From: Macrostomum lignano | Lineage: Eukaryota | Reading direction: 5' to 3' | DNA length: 64,000 nucleotides | Assembly: GCA_002269645.1 (NCBI GenBank) | Contig: NIVC01003146.1 | Span: 15,281-79,280, forward strand | Position numbers and translations under genes: made by a program | Shown here: positions 20,878 through 33,192 of the stretch, one piece after another | Layout: each line of letters opens with the position of its first letter | Position numbering within the stretch: the stretch's first letter is position 1 | The notes under the pieces: generated by a model | Databases searched by the model: none | Seen by the model: the letters and a program-made list of their open reading frames with translations, nothing else | Told to the model about the DNA's origin: nothing

Positions 20878-23800
20878 TCACAGCTCGGACAGCAGCCGCA
20901 TGGAGGCGTCGCTTCTGGCAGTTTTGATGGCCTCCATCGGCAGACCGCTGTTGTTCCTGCGCAGCTGCAGGGTCTGCTGTCCGCGCAGGTCGTTGGCTTG
21001 CGCCTTGGCGGCGGTGCTGGAGGCCACATAGGCAGCGGCCAGCGAGTGCGAGCTGGTGGAGTTCAGCTTGTTCAGCTGCTCGACGGACTGCTGCGGCCGC
21101 TTGGTGGAGTTGGTGACGGACCGGACGCTGCCGCTGCTGCCGCGGAGTTTGTCGTCGCGGTTGATTCGCCGGAAGCCGAGGTAGTCCAGCGGCTGGCTGG
21201 GCGGCGCCTCCTCCAGGCAGGCCGCCACGCAGCCCGGATGTCTGGCTAGCTCCTCGGCCACATCCGTCATGGTCGGCCGCTTGTCGTGCTCGAAGCTCCA
21301 GCAGCAGGCCATGAGGTTGCGCAGCAGCGGGTTGACGTCCACCGGCAGGTGCTCCAGCAGGGTGTCGCCGCGTTTCACGGCGTCGCAGACCTCCTCGTTG
21401 GAGCGGCTGCCGTAGGGGAACTTGCCGAAGGTGACGATCTCGTACAGCACGATGGCGTAGGACCAGACGTCTGACTTGTAGGTGAACAGGCCGTACTGGA
21501 TCGCCTCCGGCGACATCCAGCGGACTGGCAGCATGCCGCGGCGATCGAATCTGCGGGCAGCATGGAAGTAAAGTACTGTTGCAGCAGTGGGATTCAATGC
21601 ATTACAGCAATGGAAGGCACTGCATTACAGCAATGGAAGGCATTGCATTACAGCAATGGAAGGCACTGCATTACAGCAATGGAAGGCACTGCATTACAGC
21701 AATGGAAGGCATTGCATTACAGCAATGGAAGGCACTGCATTACAGCAATGGAAGGCACTGCATTACAGCAATGGAAGGCACTGCATTACAGCAATGGAAG
21801 GCACTGCATTACAGCAATGGAAGACACTGCATTACAGCAATGGAAGGCACTGCATTACAGCAATGGAAGGCACTGCATTACAGCAATGGAAGACACTGCA
21901 TTACAGCAATGGAAGGCACTGCATGACAGCAGTGGAAGGCACTGCATGACAGCAGTGGAAGGCACTGCATTACAGCAGTGGAAGGCACTGCATTACAGCA
22001 ATGGAAGGCACTGCATTACAGCAGTGTAAGGCACTGCATTACAGCAGTGGGAGTCACTGCATTACAGCAGTGGGAGTCATTGCATGACAGCAGTGGAAGG
22101 CACTGCATTACAGCAGTGGGAGTCATTGCATGACAGCAGTGGAAGGCACTGCATTACAGCAGTGGGAGTCATTGCATGACAGCAGTGGAAGGCACTGCAT
22201 TACAGCAGTGGGAGTCATTGCATGACAGCAGTGGAAGGCACTGCATTACAGCAGTGGGAGTCATTGCATGACAGCAGTGGAAGGCACTGCATTACAGCAG
22301 CAGTGGGAGTCATTGCATGACAGCAGTGGAAGGCACTGCATTACAGCAGTGGGAGTCACTGCATGACAGCAGTGGAAGGCACTGCATGACAGCAGTGGAA
22401 GGCACTGCATGACAGCAGTGGAAGGCACTGTAAACCAAGAATTGCATTAATTGCAAGCAGTTATCAATTGCAACAACAGCCAGTCAGCCAACTGGCACTC
22501 AACAACGTAAACAAACAAGCGGCAGTTTCGTTGGAAAGTCGGAAAACGAGCGATTTCAACTCTCTGCGCAAGTTTGAAAGCTTCAGAGCGAGCGCGCACA
22601 GTGGGGCACAGGGCGCAGGGTTGTAAAACACCCCCTCCTTTCGGACTCAGTACCAGTTTAATGCTGGTAGCGCGCGAACAAGCAGAGAATTCTGCAACTT
22701 GCACTTTTAGGGCCTTGAAAAAGTTGCCAACAGCGATTTACCAGCGGGCTTGTCAGCTTAACCACTTAGAGAGCTGCGCGCGAGTTGACACGAAACAGTG
22801 GACAGTTGAAGTTTATAGCCTTAGATTCTTAGCCATAAGATCTCGGACATAAAAATTTAAAAGGCCCCGGACAGTCGGACACCCAGCTTAAAAACCCCAG
22901 ACACTCAGTTTACAACCCGGACACCCTCATTACAAACCTAGCTCTCAGACACTCAGCTTACTAACCCCGGGCACAGCTTATAAATCCCGGACACCCATCT
23001 TATAAATCCCGGATATCCATCTTATAAATCCCGGACACTCATCTTATAAAACCCGAACAACCAGCTTATAAATCCCGGATACCCAGCTTATAAATACCGG
23101 ACACCCATCTTATAAATCCCGGACACCCATCTTATAAATCCCGGACACCCATCTTATAAATCCCGGACACTCATCTTATAAAACCCGAACAACCAGCTTA
23201 TAAATCCCGGATACCCGGCTTATAAATCCCGGACACCCATCTTATAAATCCCGGACACTCATCTTATAAATCCCGGACACTCATTTTATAAAACCCGGAC
23301 ACTTATCTTAAAAAACCCGGACAAACCCCGGACACCCTAGGCAGAAGACAGCAGTCCCCCAGCTCACCGATAATAGTCCTTCTTGTCGCTGACCTCCCTG
23401 GCCAGCCCGAAGTCGCAAATCTTGATGGTGAGCTTGTCGGTCACCAGGCAGTTGCGAAGCGCCACATCCCGGTGGATGTACTTGACCCCGTGCAGGTACT
23501 CCAAGCCCTTGGCGATGTCTATAGCAAAGTTCGTCAGCGTAGTCGGCAGGCTGGCCGAGAACTCGCCGGGCTCCCTGGCGTGGACGCGCCGGGAGATCAG
23601 GTAGGTCTTCAGGTCGCCGTGCAGGCACATCTCCATGATGGCGTAGAACGGCTCCTCCTGGGTGGACACGGCCAGCAGACAGACGATGTTGGAGTGCTTG
23701 AACTGGCGCATCAGAGTGGCCTCGCTCAGGAAGGTGCACTTCTCCGAGTTGCTGGCCGTGTCACGGAGCGACTTCAGCGCGCAGGGAATCCACTGGTTCT

Positions 23801-26800
23801 TCAGCTGCACCTCGCCGCCGAGAACGATGCCGAAGGCGCCTTCGCCGAGCTTCCTGTTGACGGACACGCGGTCCCTCGGCACCTCAATGTCGGCCAGCCG
23901 CTGCTTCAGCTCCATCAGCGGCTCGTCCAGGAACATCTGGCGCTTCATCTGCTGGTGGTTGACGTACCGGAACCCGACAACTGCCACCACCACCACAAGG
24001 ATGATGAAGAAGATGATGACGCTGAAGGTGAAGATGAGGTTCACCTTCTGGCAGTCCAGATCTGGCATGCGCAGCAGAGTGCGGATGAAGTCGTTCCAGC
24101 CGCAGGACTCGCGCGCCAGCCGCTCGATGAATTTAAAGTTCGACTTGAACTCTTTGAAGTTTGTAGTGTTCTTCATGGAGCCGTTCTGAGGATTGGGCAG
24201 AGCGGTGTGGCACTGTTTATCTTGGATCATTGTTCTCATATATCTGAGCATTGGTTCTCATATCTCTGAGCATTGTTCTCATATATCTGAGCATTGGTTT
24301 TCATATCTCTGAGCATTGTTCTCATATATCTGAGCATTGGTTTTCATATCTCTGAGCATTGATTCTCATATATCTTAGCATTGGTTCTCATATCTCTGAG
24401 CATTGATTCTCATATATCTGAGCATTGGTTCTCATATCTCTGAGCATTGGGTCTCATATTTCTGAGCATTGGGTCTCATATCTCTGAGCATTGGGTCTCA
24501 TATCTCTGAGCATTGGGTCTCATATCTCTGAGCATTGGGTCTCTATCTCTGAGCATTGGGTCTCATATCTTTGATCATTGTTCTCATATCTCTGAGCATT
24601 GATTCTCATATCTCTGAGCATTGGGTCTCATATCTCTGAACATTGGTTCTCATATATCTGAGCATTGGTTTTCATATCTCTGAGCATTGATTCTCATATA
24701 TCTTAGCATTGGTTCTCATATCTCTGAGCATTGATTCTCATATATCTGAGCATTGGTTCTCATATCTCTGAGCATTGGGTCTCATATTTCTGAGCATTGG
24801 GTCTCATATCTCTGAGCATTGGGTCTCATATCTCTGAGCATTGGGTCTCATATCTCTGAGCATTGGGTCTCTATCTCTGAGCATTGGGTCTCATATCTTT
24901 GATCATTGTTCTCATATCTCTGAGCATTGATTCTCATATCTCTGAGCATTGGGTCTCATATCTCTGAACATTGGTTCTCATATCTCTGAGCATTCTCACA
25001 GCTCTGCACATGAATACAGCCAGACCCGGACACTCACCTGGAAGGTCTCCCAGTTGTACCTGAACAGCTGCTGGGAGGTGAAGCCGAGCTTATCGCCAGA
25101 GTACTGGTGCAGGTACACCATCATGGAGCCGGAGCGGACATTGTGCAAATCGTTGAAGCTGACGTTGTGCGCGTCCCTGGCCATTTCGGAGGGGAAGTCC
25201 GTGCTATTGATCTTGGCCAGGTAGGAGTTCACCTGCAGTGCAATGGGAGGCTTGATTTAGGGCCATTCAAAGCCTAGTGAAGAGTGTAGGATAATTGCAC
25301 TCGCAGGTAAATAGGTCATGACCTCAAGCAAAGCAACAAAACGGGGTCATGACCTCAATCAAGGAACAAATGGGGTCATAACCTCAATCAAAGCAACAAA
25401 ACGGGGTCATGACCTCAATCAAAGCAACAAAACGAGGTTATGACCTCAATCAGAGCAACAAAAGGGGGTCATAAACTCAATCAGAGCAACAAAATGGGGT
25501 CATGACCTCAATCAGAGCAACAAAACGGGGTCATGACCTCAATCAGAGCAATAAAATGGGGTCATGACCTCAATCAGAGCAACAAAAAAGGTCATGACCT
25601 CAATCAGAGCAACAAAACGGGGTCATGATCTCAATCAGAGCAACAAAAAAGGTCATGACCTCAATCAGGGCAATAAAATGGGGTCATGACCTCAATCAGA
25701 GCAACGAAATGGGGTCATGACCTCAATCAGAGCAACAAAACGGGGTCATGACCTCAATCAGAGCAACAAAACGGGGTCATGACCTCAATCAGAGCAACAA
25801 AATGGGGTCATGACCTCAATCAGAGCAACAAAATGGGGTCATGACCTCAATCAGAGCAACAAAACGGGGTCATGACATTAATTTAGACAAGGTAATAACC
25901 TGCAACTAAGAGGCCGTAATGCTTGTAGAAGCTTAAGGCAACAATAAGAATTTTGAGTAGTAAGTAAAAAGCAAAATCGAATCAAAGTTTCAACCATTTC
26001 CATGAAAAACTAAAAGCAAAAACTGAAATAGAACATTTTGTACTCTGAGAGAATCGGCTACATGCGACTTGGTACATGCATAATGTAATATAAAAGTACA
26101 CACAGCGGTTCATGAATTCCAGTCAAACAAAAAAATATTGCGACCTTTCAGCGAGCCCCGTATTGACAAAACACAGCCAGCCAGCCAGTCAGCTCGGTGT
26201 GTTGGCTGTCAGCCTCTCCTCACGTACCCTAACAGCTGTTAGTGTAAGAGGGGAACCCAGCGACCCCAGGCCCCGCCCAGGCGTACCACACGGGCATTGG
26301 AGAAGTGGTAGGTGCTGCTCGGGTCGTCCTCGATTAGGAGAGCCACCGAGTTGGCCAGGACGCTGACCGCATCGCTGGCGTAGCTGTGGAAATAGTCCTC
26401 GTCCAGGGAGTGCTCGTGTCGCTGCCCGCTGCCGGCCGAGGTCACGTTGATGTAGTTCTTCACAATCAGATGCTGCTTGGCCGGCTGCAGCAGCTTGGAG
26501 TGCGGGCAGTGGGTCTCCTGCAGACCGGGCAGGTACTGGCTGCAGTTCACCTTCTCCGTGCCGTTCACCTGGCCTGGTGTGGGGAAGGGTGCAAGGGCTG
26601 GGCCTTGACTGATATCGGCTGGAGAATGGGGATCCAAGTGTCCGAAACACGGGACACCCCAACTTCTGACAACTCATCAACTTCATAAACTTCTTGACAC
26701 CTGATCAGCCTATTAAACCTTGGACACCTCACCAACTTCCTAAACCTCGGACACCTTATCAACTTCCTAAACCTCGGACACCTTATCAACTTCCTAAACC

Positions 26801-28620
26801 TCGGACACCTTATTAACTTCCTAAACCTCGGACACCTCATCAAATTCCTAAACCTCGGACACCTCATTAACTGCCTAAACCTCAGACACCTCATCAACCT
26901 AAACCTCGGACACCTCATCCAATTCCTAAACCTCGGACACCTCATCAACTTAAACCTCGGACACCTTATCAACTTCCTTAACCTCGGACACCTAAACTTT
27001 TAAAACTCCAGACACCCTACCAGTGAAAAATTCGGTCACGGAAACATTCGAAACTCGGACACCCCAGCTTCCGACACCTCGGACATCCAAACATTCAAAA
27101 CAAAAACCAAGGACACCGCCGCGCTGTTCCAAAACCTCGGACATCCCACCCCAACTTTTGAGACTTCGGTCACTAAATTCCAAAATCTCGGACACCCCTA
27201 GCTTTGTGTAACAACAACATCCGATATGTATCGAAAAAAGCGATTCAAAGGGAGAATTGAGCACTCACCGCTTAAAAAGATCTTTCTGCTCCAGTGGGCG
27301 AGAATGAACAGGTAGTTATTATCGGGAGTCATGTCCAGCTCCGCAGCGGCGCACAGGTACAAACAGGTGCCCCTATCAAAGTAGTCCATGGCCAGCACCT
27401 GGCAGCCTTCACGTCGCATTGATTTCAGATTCTTCAGCGCCTGCTTGTAGCTCAGCCGCTCCTCTTCGATCACCTCCTCGTGGCAGACGTTGATGGTGCC
27501 GGAGTCCAAGAAGGCGGTCTTGTTCAGGAACATCTTGTTGCGCACCAGCAGCCCGATGGTGTCCCACTTGCGCTGGTTCAGGTAGCTGGTGATCGTGTCC
27601 GAGTACGGCTCGTAGCTGGGGATGGTGCGGTAAAAGTACGGATAGCGGGAGGTGTCGCTGTACACCTGCGACTCCACTGTGGGGGAGATGACCACCGTCT
27701 GGAAATTGTTGCTGGCCTCCACCACGGGTTCGATCGTGTCTGAGCAGGTGGCTCCGATGACGCCAAGCAGCGGCTGCTTCTTCGGCTGCAGCAGGGTGCT
27801 GATGTAGAATCCCAGCTCTGCCGACTTGTCGCAGTCCACCGCACCGTTCACCAGCTCGATGTGGTAGCCGAGGTCGGAGAGCCGGCACTTCGGCTGTCCG
27901 GAGCAGTTGCCCCAGTTTAGCTCCCCGACTTCCTGAGCAGGTGGGGAGATTTGGGATTTCTACTGAGTTCTATTGGGGAGATCTGGGATTTCTACTGAGT
28001 TCTATTGGGGAGATCTGGGATTTCTATTGAGTTCGATTGTGGATATTTGGGATTTCTATTGAGTTTGATTGGGAGATTGATGATTTCTATTGAGTTCGAA
28101 TAGGGAGATTAGGGATTTCTAATGAGAGTTCGATTGGGGAGATTTGGGATTTTTACTGAGTTTGATTGAGGAAATTAGGGATTTCTACTGATTGAGATTT
28201 GGGATTTCTATTGATTGGGGAGATTTAGGATTTCTAATGATTGGGCAGATTTGGGATTTCTACTGAGTTCGATTGGGGAGATTTGGGATTTCTACTGAGT
28301 TCGATTGGGGAGAATTGAGGGAACACCGGGATTCTTGAAAGTACATACAATGAATTATTTCTTAGATTAAAGGGAGTACAGCTCGTAATAAGCTGGGTAC
28401 CTTGCCCGTAGAGGTGAATCTTCCTCCTAGCGGGATCTGCTGCGCATTGCAATTATCAGCTCAGACCCACCTGCTGCCTCAAAGAATCTCCGCCCGCAAC
28501 TGTTACCTCCTACTGAGTCTTCCTGTCTCATTAATTGTCAGGCCAGACTCCCCCCCTCCGCGGCAGCTTCATCAGTTCATGAGTCACATGACTGCGGCCG
28601 CGGGTTGTTGCAGTCGGGTG

Positions 28621-28690
<70 letters not shown>

Positions 28691-31600
28691 AAATGCAGTA
28701 ACTCCTGTGCCTGCTCTCGGAGACAGGTGCCAATATTAGCACCGGAAGTTTGTAATATAAACTGGCAGCCTGCCCTGTAGTCAGATGACTAAGTTAGATT
28801 AGTTAACCTTGAGATGTACTTTGGCCACGACTGAGGCACTGTGTCCCTGTCCGTTCTGAACTTTTGCTAAGGTCTTAATCATCAATTATCTTACCTTTAA
28901 TAGACTGAATAATCTACCAAATCTACTCAGCAGCATCTCTACCTCACCCCAGTCTAAATATCTACCCCCCAGTCTACATCTCTACCTCCCCCAATCTATA
29001 TCTCTACCTCCACCAGTCTACATCTCTACCTCCCCCAGTCTACATCTCAACCTCACCCCAGTTTACATCTCTACCTCCCCCAGTCTACATCTCTACCTCC
29101 CCCAGTCTACATCTCTACCTCCCCCAGTCTACATCTCTACCTCCCCCAGTCTACATCTCTACCTCCCCCAGTCTACATCTCTACCTCCCCCAGTCTACAT
29201 CTCTACCCCCCCCAGTCCACATCTCTACCCCCAGTCTACATCTCTACCTCCCCTCAGTCTACATCTCTACCTCCCCCAGTCTAGATCTCTACCTCCCCTC
29301 AGTCTACATCTCTACCCCCCAGTCTACATCTCTACCTCACCCCAGTCTACATCTCTACCTCACCCCAGTCTACATCTCTACCCCCCAGTCCACATCTCTA
29401 CCCCCCCCCAGTCCACATCTCTACCCCCCAGTCCACATCTCTACCCCCCCAGTCTACATCTCTACCTCCCCTCAGTCTACATCTCTACCTCCCCCAGTCT
29501 AGATCTCTACCTCCCCTCAGTCTACATCTCTACCCCCCAGTCCACATCTCTACCTCCCCCAGTCTAGATCTCTACCTCCCCTCAGTCTACATCTCTACCT
29601 CACCCCAGTCCACATCTCTACCTCCCCCAGTCTACATCTCAACCTCACCCCAGTCTACATCTCTACCTCCCCCAGTCTACATCTCTACCTCCCCCAGTCT
29701 ACATCTCTACCTCCCCCAGTCTACATCTCTACCTCCCCCAGTCTACATCTCTACCTCCCCCAGTCTACATCTCTACCTCCCCCAGTCTACATCTCTACCT
29801 CCCCCAGTCTACATCTCTACCTCACCCCAGTCTACATCTCTACCCCCCAGTCCACATCTCTACCCCCCCAGTCCACATCTCTACCCCCCCCAGTCCACAT
29901 CTCTACCCCCAGTCCACATCTCTACCCCCCAGTCTACATCTCTACCCCCCAGTCTACATCTCTACCTCCCCTCAGTCTACATCTCTACCTCCCCCAGTCT
30001 AGATCTCTACCTCCCCTCAGTCTACATCTCTACCCCCCAGTCCACATCTCTACCTCCCCCAGTCTAGATCTCTACCTCCCCTCAGTCTACATCTCTACCT
30101 CACCCCAGTCCACATCTCTACCTCCCCCAGTCTACATCTCTATTAACTACAATCTACATCTCTACCTCCCCCAGTCTACATCTCTATTAACTACAATCTA
30201 CATCTCTACCTCCCCCAGTCTACATCTCTACCTCCCCCAGTCTACATCTCTACCTCCCCCAGTCTACATCTCTACCTCCCCCAGTCTACATCTCTACCTC
30301 CGCCAGTCTACATCTCTACCTCCGCCAGTCTACATCCCTACCTCCGCCAGTCTACATCTCTACCAACTACAATCTACATCCCTACCTCCGCCAGCCTACA
30401 TCTCTACCAACTACAATCTACATCTCTACCTCTCAGACTACACCTTTAACTCTCCAATCTACGTCTCTACCTTCTCAATGCACATCTAGCTACATTATCT
30501 CACCTCCGCCACCTTCTTAGTGATTCTCTCATTAGAGAAGCGCTTGCCGCCGGGGAACATGCCGGCCAGGTACAGGTACTTCTTGTCCGTCCGGTCCGGC
30601 AGGTGGGCGCAGAACTCGCAGCTGTCCCAGGCCTCCATGGCCCGGCCAAGCCAGTCACAGTGCTGCCCGCCGGCCTGGCTGTAGTTGAAACGCAGCGACA
30701 GCAGCAGCCGCTCCAACCGCGGGTCCTGGCCGGCCACCGCCGTTGCCATCGACTTTGTCCGCTTGCTGATCACCGGCCGGCCGGAAAAGCGCCGGGCCGC
30801 GTCCGGGACGTCCGCCAGGCTGGCCGCCGACAGCCAGCCGCCGCAGTCCGAGTCACAGGCTGCCGCTGGCGACATGGTGTACTGGAAGCTGGGTGAGGCA
30901 ATGATGAAGCTGGGTGAGTCAATGATGAAGCTGGGTGAGTCAATGATGAAGCTGGGTAATGATGTCAAAGCTGGGTAAAGCAATAATGAAGCTGGAGGTG
31001 AGGCAATGATGAAGCTGGGTGAGTCAATGATGAAGCTGGGTGAGGCAATGATGAAGCTGGGTAATGATGTCAAAGCTGGGTTAGGCAATGATGAAGCTTG
31101 GTGAGGCAATGATGAAGCTGGGTGAGGCAATGATGAAGCTGGGTTAGCAATGATGAAGCTGGGTTAGCAATGATGAAGCTTGGTGAGGCAATGATGAAGC
31201 TGGGTAATGCAATAATGAACCTGGAGGTGAGACAATGATGAAGCTGAGTGAGACAAGAGGAACGAATGAGAAATAGCTCTGCCATTTTGTTACAAAAAAA
31301 GAACAAAAGGCAGTTTTTTGGCGCAGTTGCCTGTGGATTTTTGGCCCCACCCCTTCTGTCCATAAAATATACCCGCATGGCATCCGAACAACGCACTTAA
31401 TTGACCTCTACCCACCAAACAAGTGCACAACTCAAGTGAGAACAGTCTCCAGAGTGTGAACTCAGTGCACAGCATCCGGAAGCTTCATCTGCCTACCCGC
31501 ATTTTGTTTGCCCAACTCCGCCCACCTGTGAACCCACTTAAGCCCTCAAAAAGCTCAAGGCGCAGCTCCCAGTAACAATCCTTTCTATCTGAAGTTTTCA

Positions 31601-32002
31601 ACTATTTGCTCAGGCGGGCGCCAGCTCAGATAAGCAGCCCCTCGCTCACCTCTGCTCGAACAGTTCACCAAAATAAGCTCGATCATCGCCGGATGAAGCA
31701 TTGAACAGCTGATCCCGCCGGTCTATGAGGCCCATATCGATTGTGCAGCTGCTGGCGCTGCAAGGGGGCGGAAGCGGAATTCAGCTTCACTTTGATGACG
31801 TAACAGGCTTTTTAAATAGCCGCTGATATGGATAATTATCTCACTGTTACTGATTGCTTGATAAATGAGTACTGGCTGCCTGCACTGCCGATATGCAGGC
31901 AGAGTAGAAAGCATGAATATTCAAGTCTGTATAGGAAGCTGTATAAATCTGTTGGATAGAAGACAGACAGAAGACAGACAGAAGCCAGAAAAACAGACAG
32001 AC

Positions 32003-32057
<55 letters not shown>

Positions 32058-33192
32058 CACAGACAGACAGACACACAGACAGACAGACAATCACGTTTCG
32101 TTCCTCGCAGACAAAAGTTGAACAGCATAAATGGTAACCAACTCAGACCCCGTCACAAATCATGGGGACTCATGGCGGGCTTTCCAAAACCACCCGCCCT
32201 TCTGGATTCCCCAAAACAGAGCAGCAGGGGAGGCGGCACTCACTGCAGCGGCGGTCTGCTCAGAATTTGCACGTCGCGATAGCGGAAGAAGTCGGTGAGC
32301 AGGGCGGCAACGACTCGGGCGGTGAAGAGGCCGGCGGCGTCGGGGGGGCCGCAGACCGACACGGGCAGCGGCTGCGAGTCCGAGACGCTGGCGAAAAAGT
32401 AGCGAGGGCGCGACGACACGGCTGCGGGTTGCCGGGGAGGGGGTGAGGGTCACTTGATAATCCGAGTTGCATGCTTAGATTTGGGAGGCTAGCCCAGCAA
32501 CTGAGGAACTGGGAGGCTGGCCCAGCAACTGAGGAACTGGGAGGCTGGCCCAGCAACTGAGGAACTGGGAGGCTGGCCCAGCAACTGAGGATCTGGGAGG
32601 CTGGCCCAGCAACTGAGGAACTGGGAGGCTGGCCCAGCAACTGAGGAACTGGGAGGCTGGCCTAGCAACTAAAGATCTGGGAGGCTGGCCCAGCAACTGG
32701 GGATCTGGGAGGCTGGCCCAGCAACTGGGGATCTGGGAGGCTGGCCCAGCAACTGGGGATCTGGGAGGCTGGCCCAGCAACTGAGGATCTGGGAGGCTGG
32801 CCTAGCAACTGAGGATCTGGGAGGGCGGCCCAGCAACTGAGGGTCTGGGAGGCTGGTCCAGCAACTGAGGATCTGAGAGGCTGGCCTAGCAACTGAGGGT
32901 CTGGGAGGCTGGCCCAGCAACTGAGGATCTGGGAGGCTGGCCCAGCAACTGAGGATCTGGGAGGCTGGCCCAGCAACTGGGGATCTGGGAGTTTAAGATA
33001 AAAAGTCTGCCCAAACAGCAGCACAGACTTACAGCCATTGAACCGGTTTACCAGGTCTGGGCACTCATTGGCAGACACAGTGCACAGGGGCAGAGGCAAG
33101 CTGAGCAGCAGCAGCAGTGGCAGCAGCTGGCTTCTCAAATGCCAGCACTGCTCAGGCGCCAAGGCAGCCCCTCTTGAACTGCAGTTGCTCAT
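20878..33192 (-). CDS. VKR: Venus kinase receptor (Venus-flytrap/ANF-receptor ectodomain, single TM, insulin-receptor-like tyrosine kinase)
   Basis: Well-supported exons: 30504-30881 (YLYLAGMFPGG), 27269-27932 (VIGATCSDT..YPYFYRTIPS, GABA-B-like VFT), 26287-26573, 25038-25232, 23368-24212 (TM LIFTFSVIIFFIILVVVVAVVGF; GEGAFG; CALK; HRDVALRN; DFG), 20878-21550 (DYYRFDRRGMLPVRWMSPE across the junction; SDVWSY). Less certain N-terminal exons: 33033-33192 (signal peptide), 32244-32421, 31650-31757, 31497-31584. All phases close to ~1191 aa. Confidence 0.9.
21595..22430 (+). repeat. Minisatellite, 23-bp unit GCATTACAGCAATGGAAGGCACT
   Basis: Tandem copies. Confidence 0.96.
22870..23340 (+). repeat. 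Minisatellite, ~22-bp unit ATAAATCCCGGACACCCATCTT
   Basis: Tandem copies. Confidence 0.92.
24225..24995 (+). repeat. Minisatellite, 22-bp unit CTGAGCATTGGTTCTCATATCT
   Basis: Tandem copies. Confidence 0.95.
25315..25880 (+). repeat. Minisatellite, 31-bp unit GGGGTCATGACCTCAATCAGAGCAACAAAAC
   Basis: Tandem copies. Confidence 0.95.
26700..27000 (+). repeat. Minisatellite, ~27-bp unit AACTTCCTAAACCTCGGACACCTTATC
   Basis: Tandem copies. Confidence 0.92.
27945..28320 (+). repeat. Degenerate minisatellite, ~31-bp unit GGGAGATTTGGGATTTCTACTGAGTTCGATT
   Basis: Tandem copies. Confidence 0.88.
28623..28687 (+). repeat. (GA)n microsatellite
   Basis: Direct reading. Confidence 0.97.
28940..30450 (+). 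repeat. Satellite, 22-bp unit CTCTACCTCCCCCAGTCTACAT (~1.5 kb)
   Basis: Tandem copies. Confidence 0.96.
30885..31250 (+). repeat. Minisatellite, 21-bp unit TGATGAAGCTGGGTGAGGCAA
   Basis: Tandem copies. Confidence 0.94.
31990..32088 (+). repeat. (GACA)n microsatellite
   Basis: Direct reading. Confidence 0.95.
32478..32990 (+). repeat. Minisatellite, 28-bp unit CTGAGGATCTGGGAGGCTGGCCCAGCAA (VKR intron 1)
   Basis: Tandem copies. Confidence 0.95.

Noticed and set aside
33033-33052. Alternative VKR exon-1 donor at 33052 (CTG|GTAAAC)
   Set aside because: The GTAAGT donor at 33033 fits the consensus better and gives the phase needed by the next candidate exon. The 33052 donor would only fit direct splicing to 30881 and remains untested.
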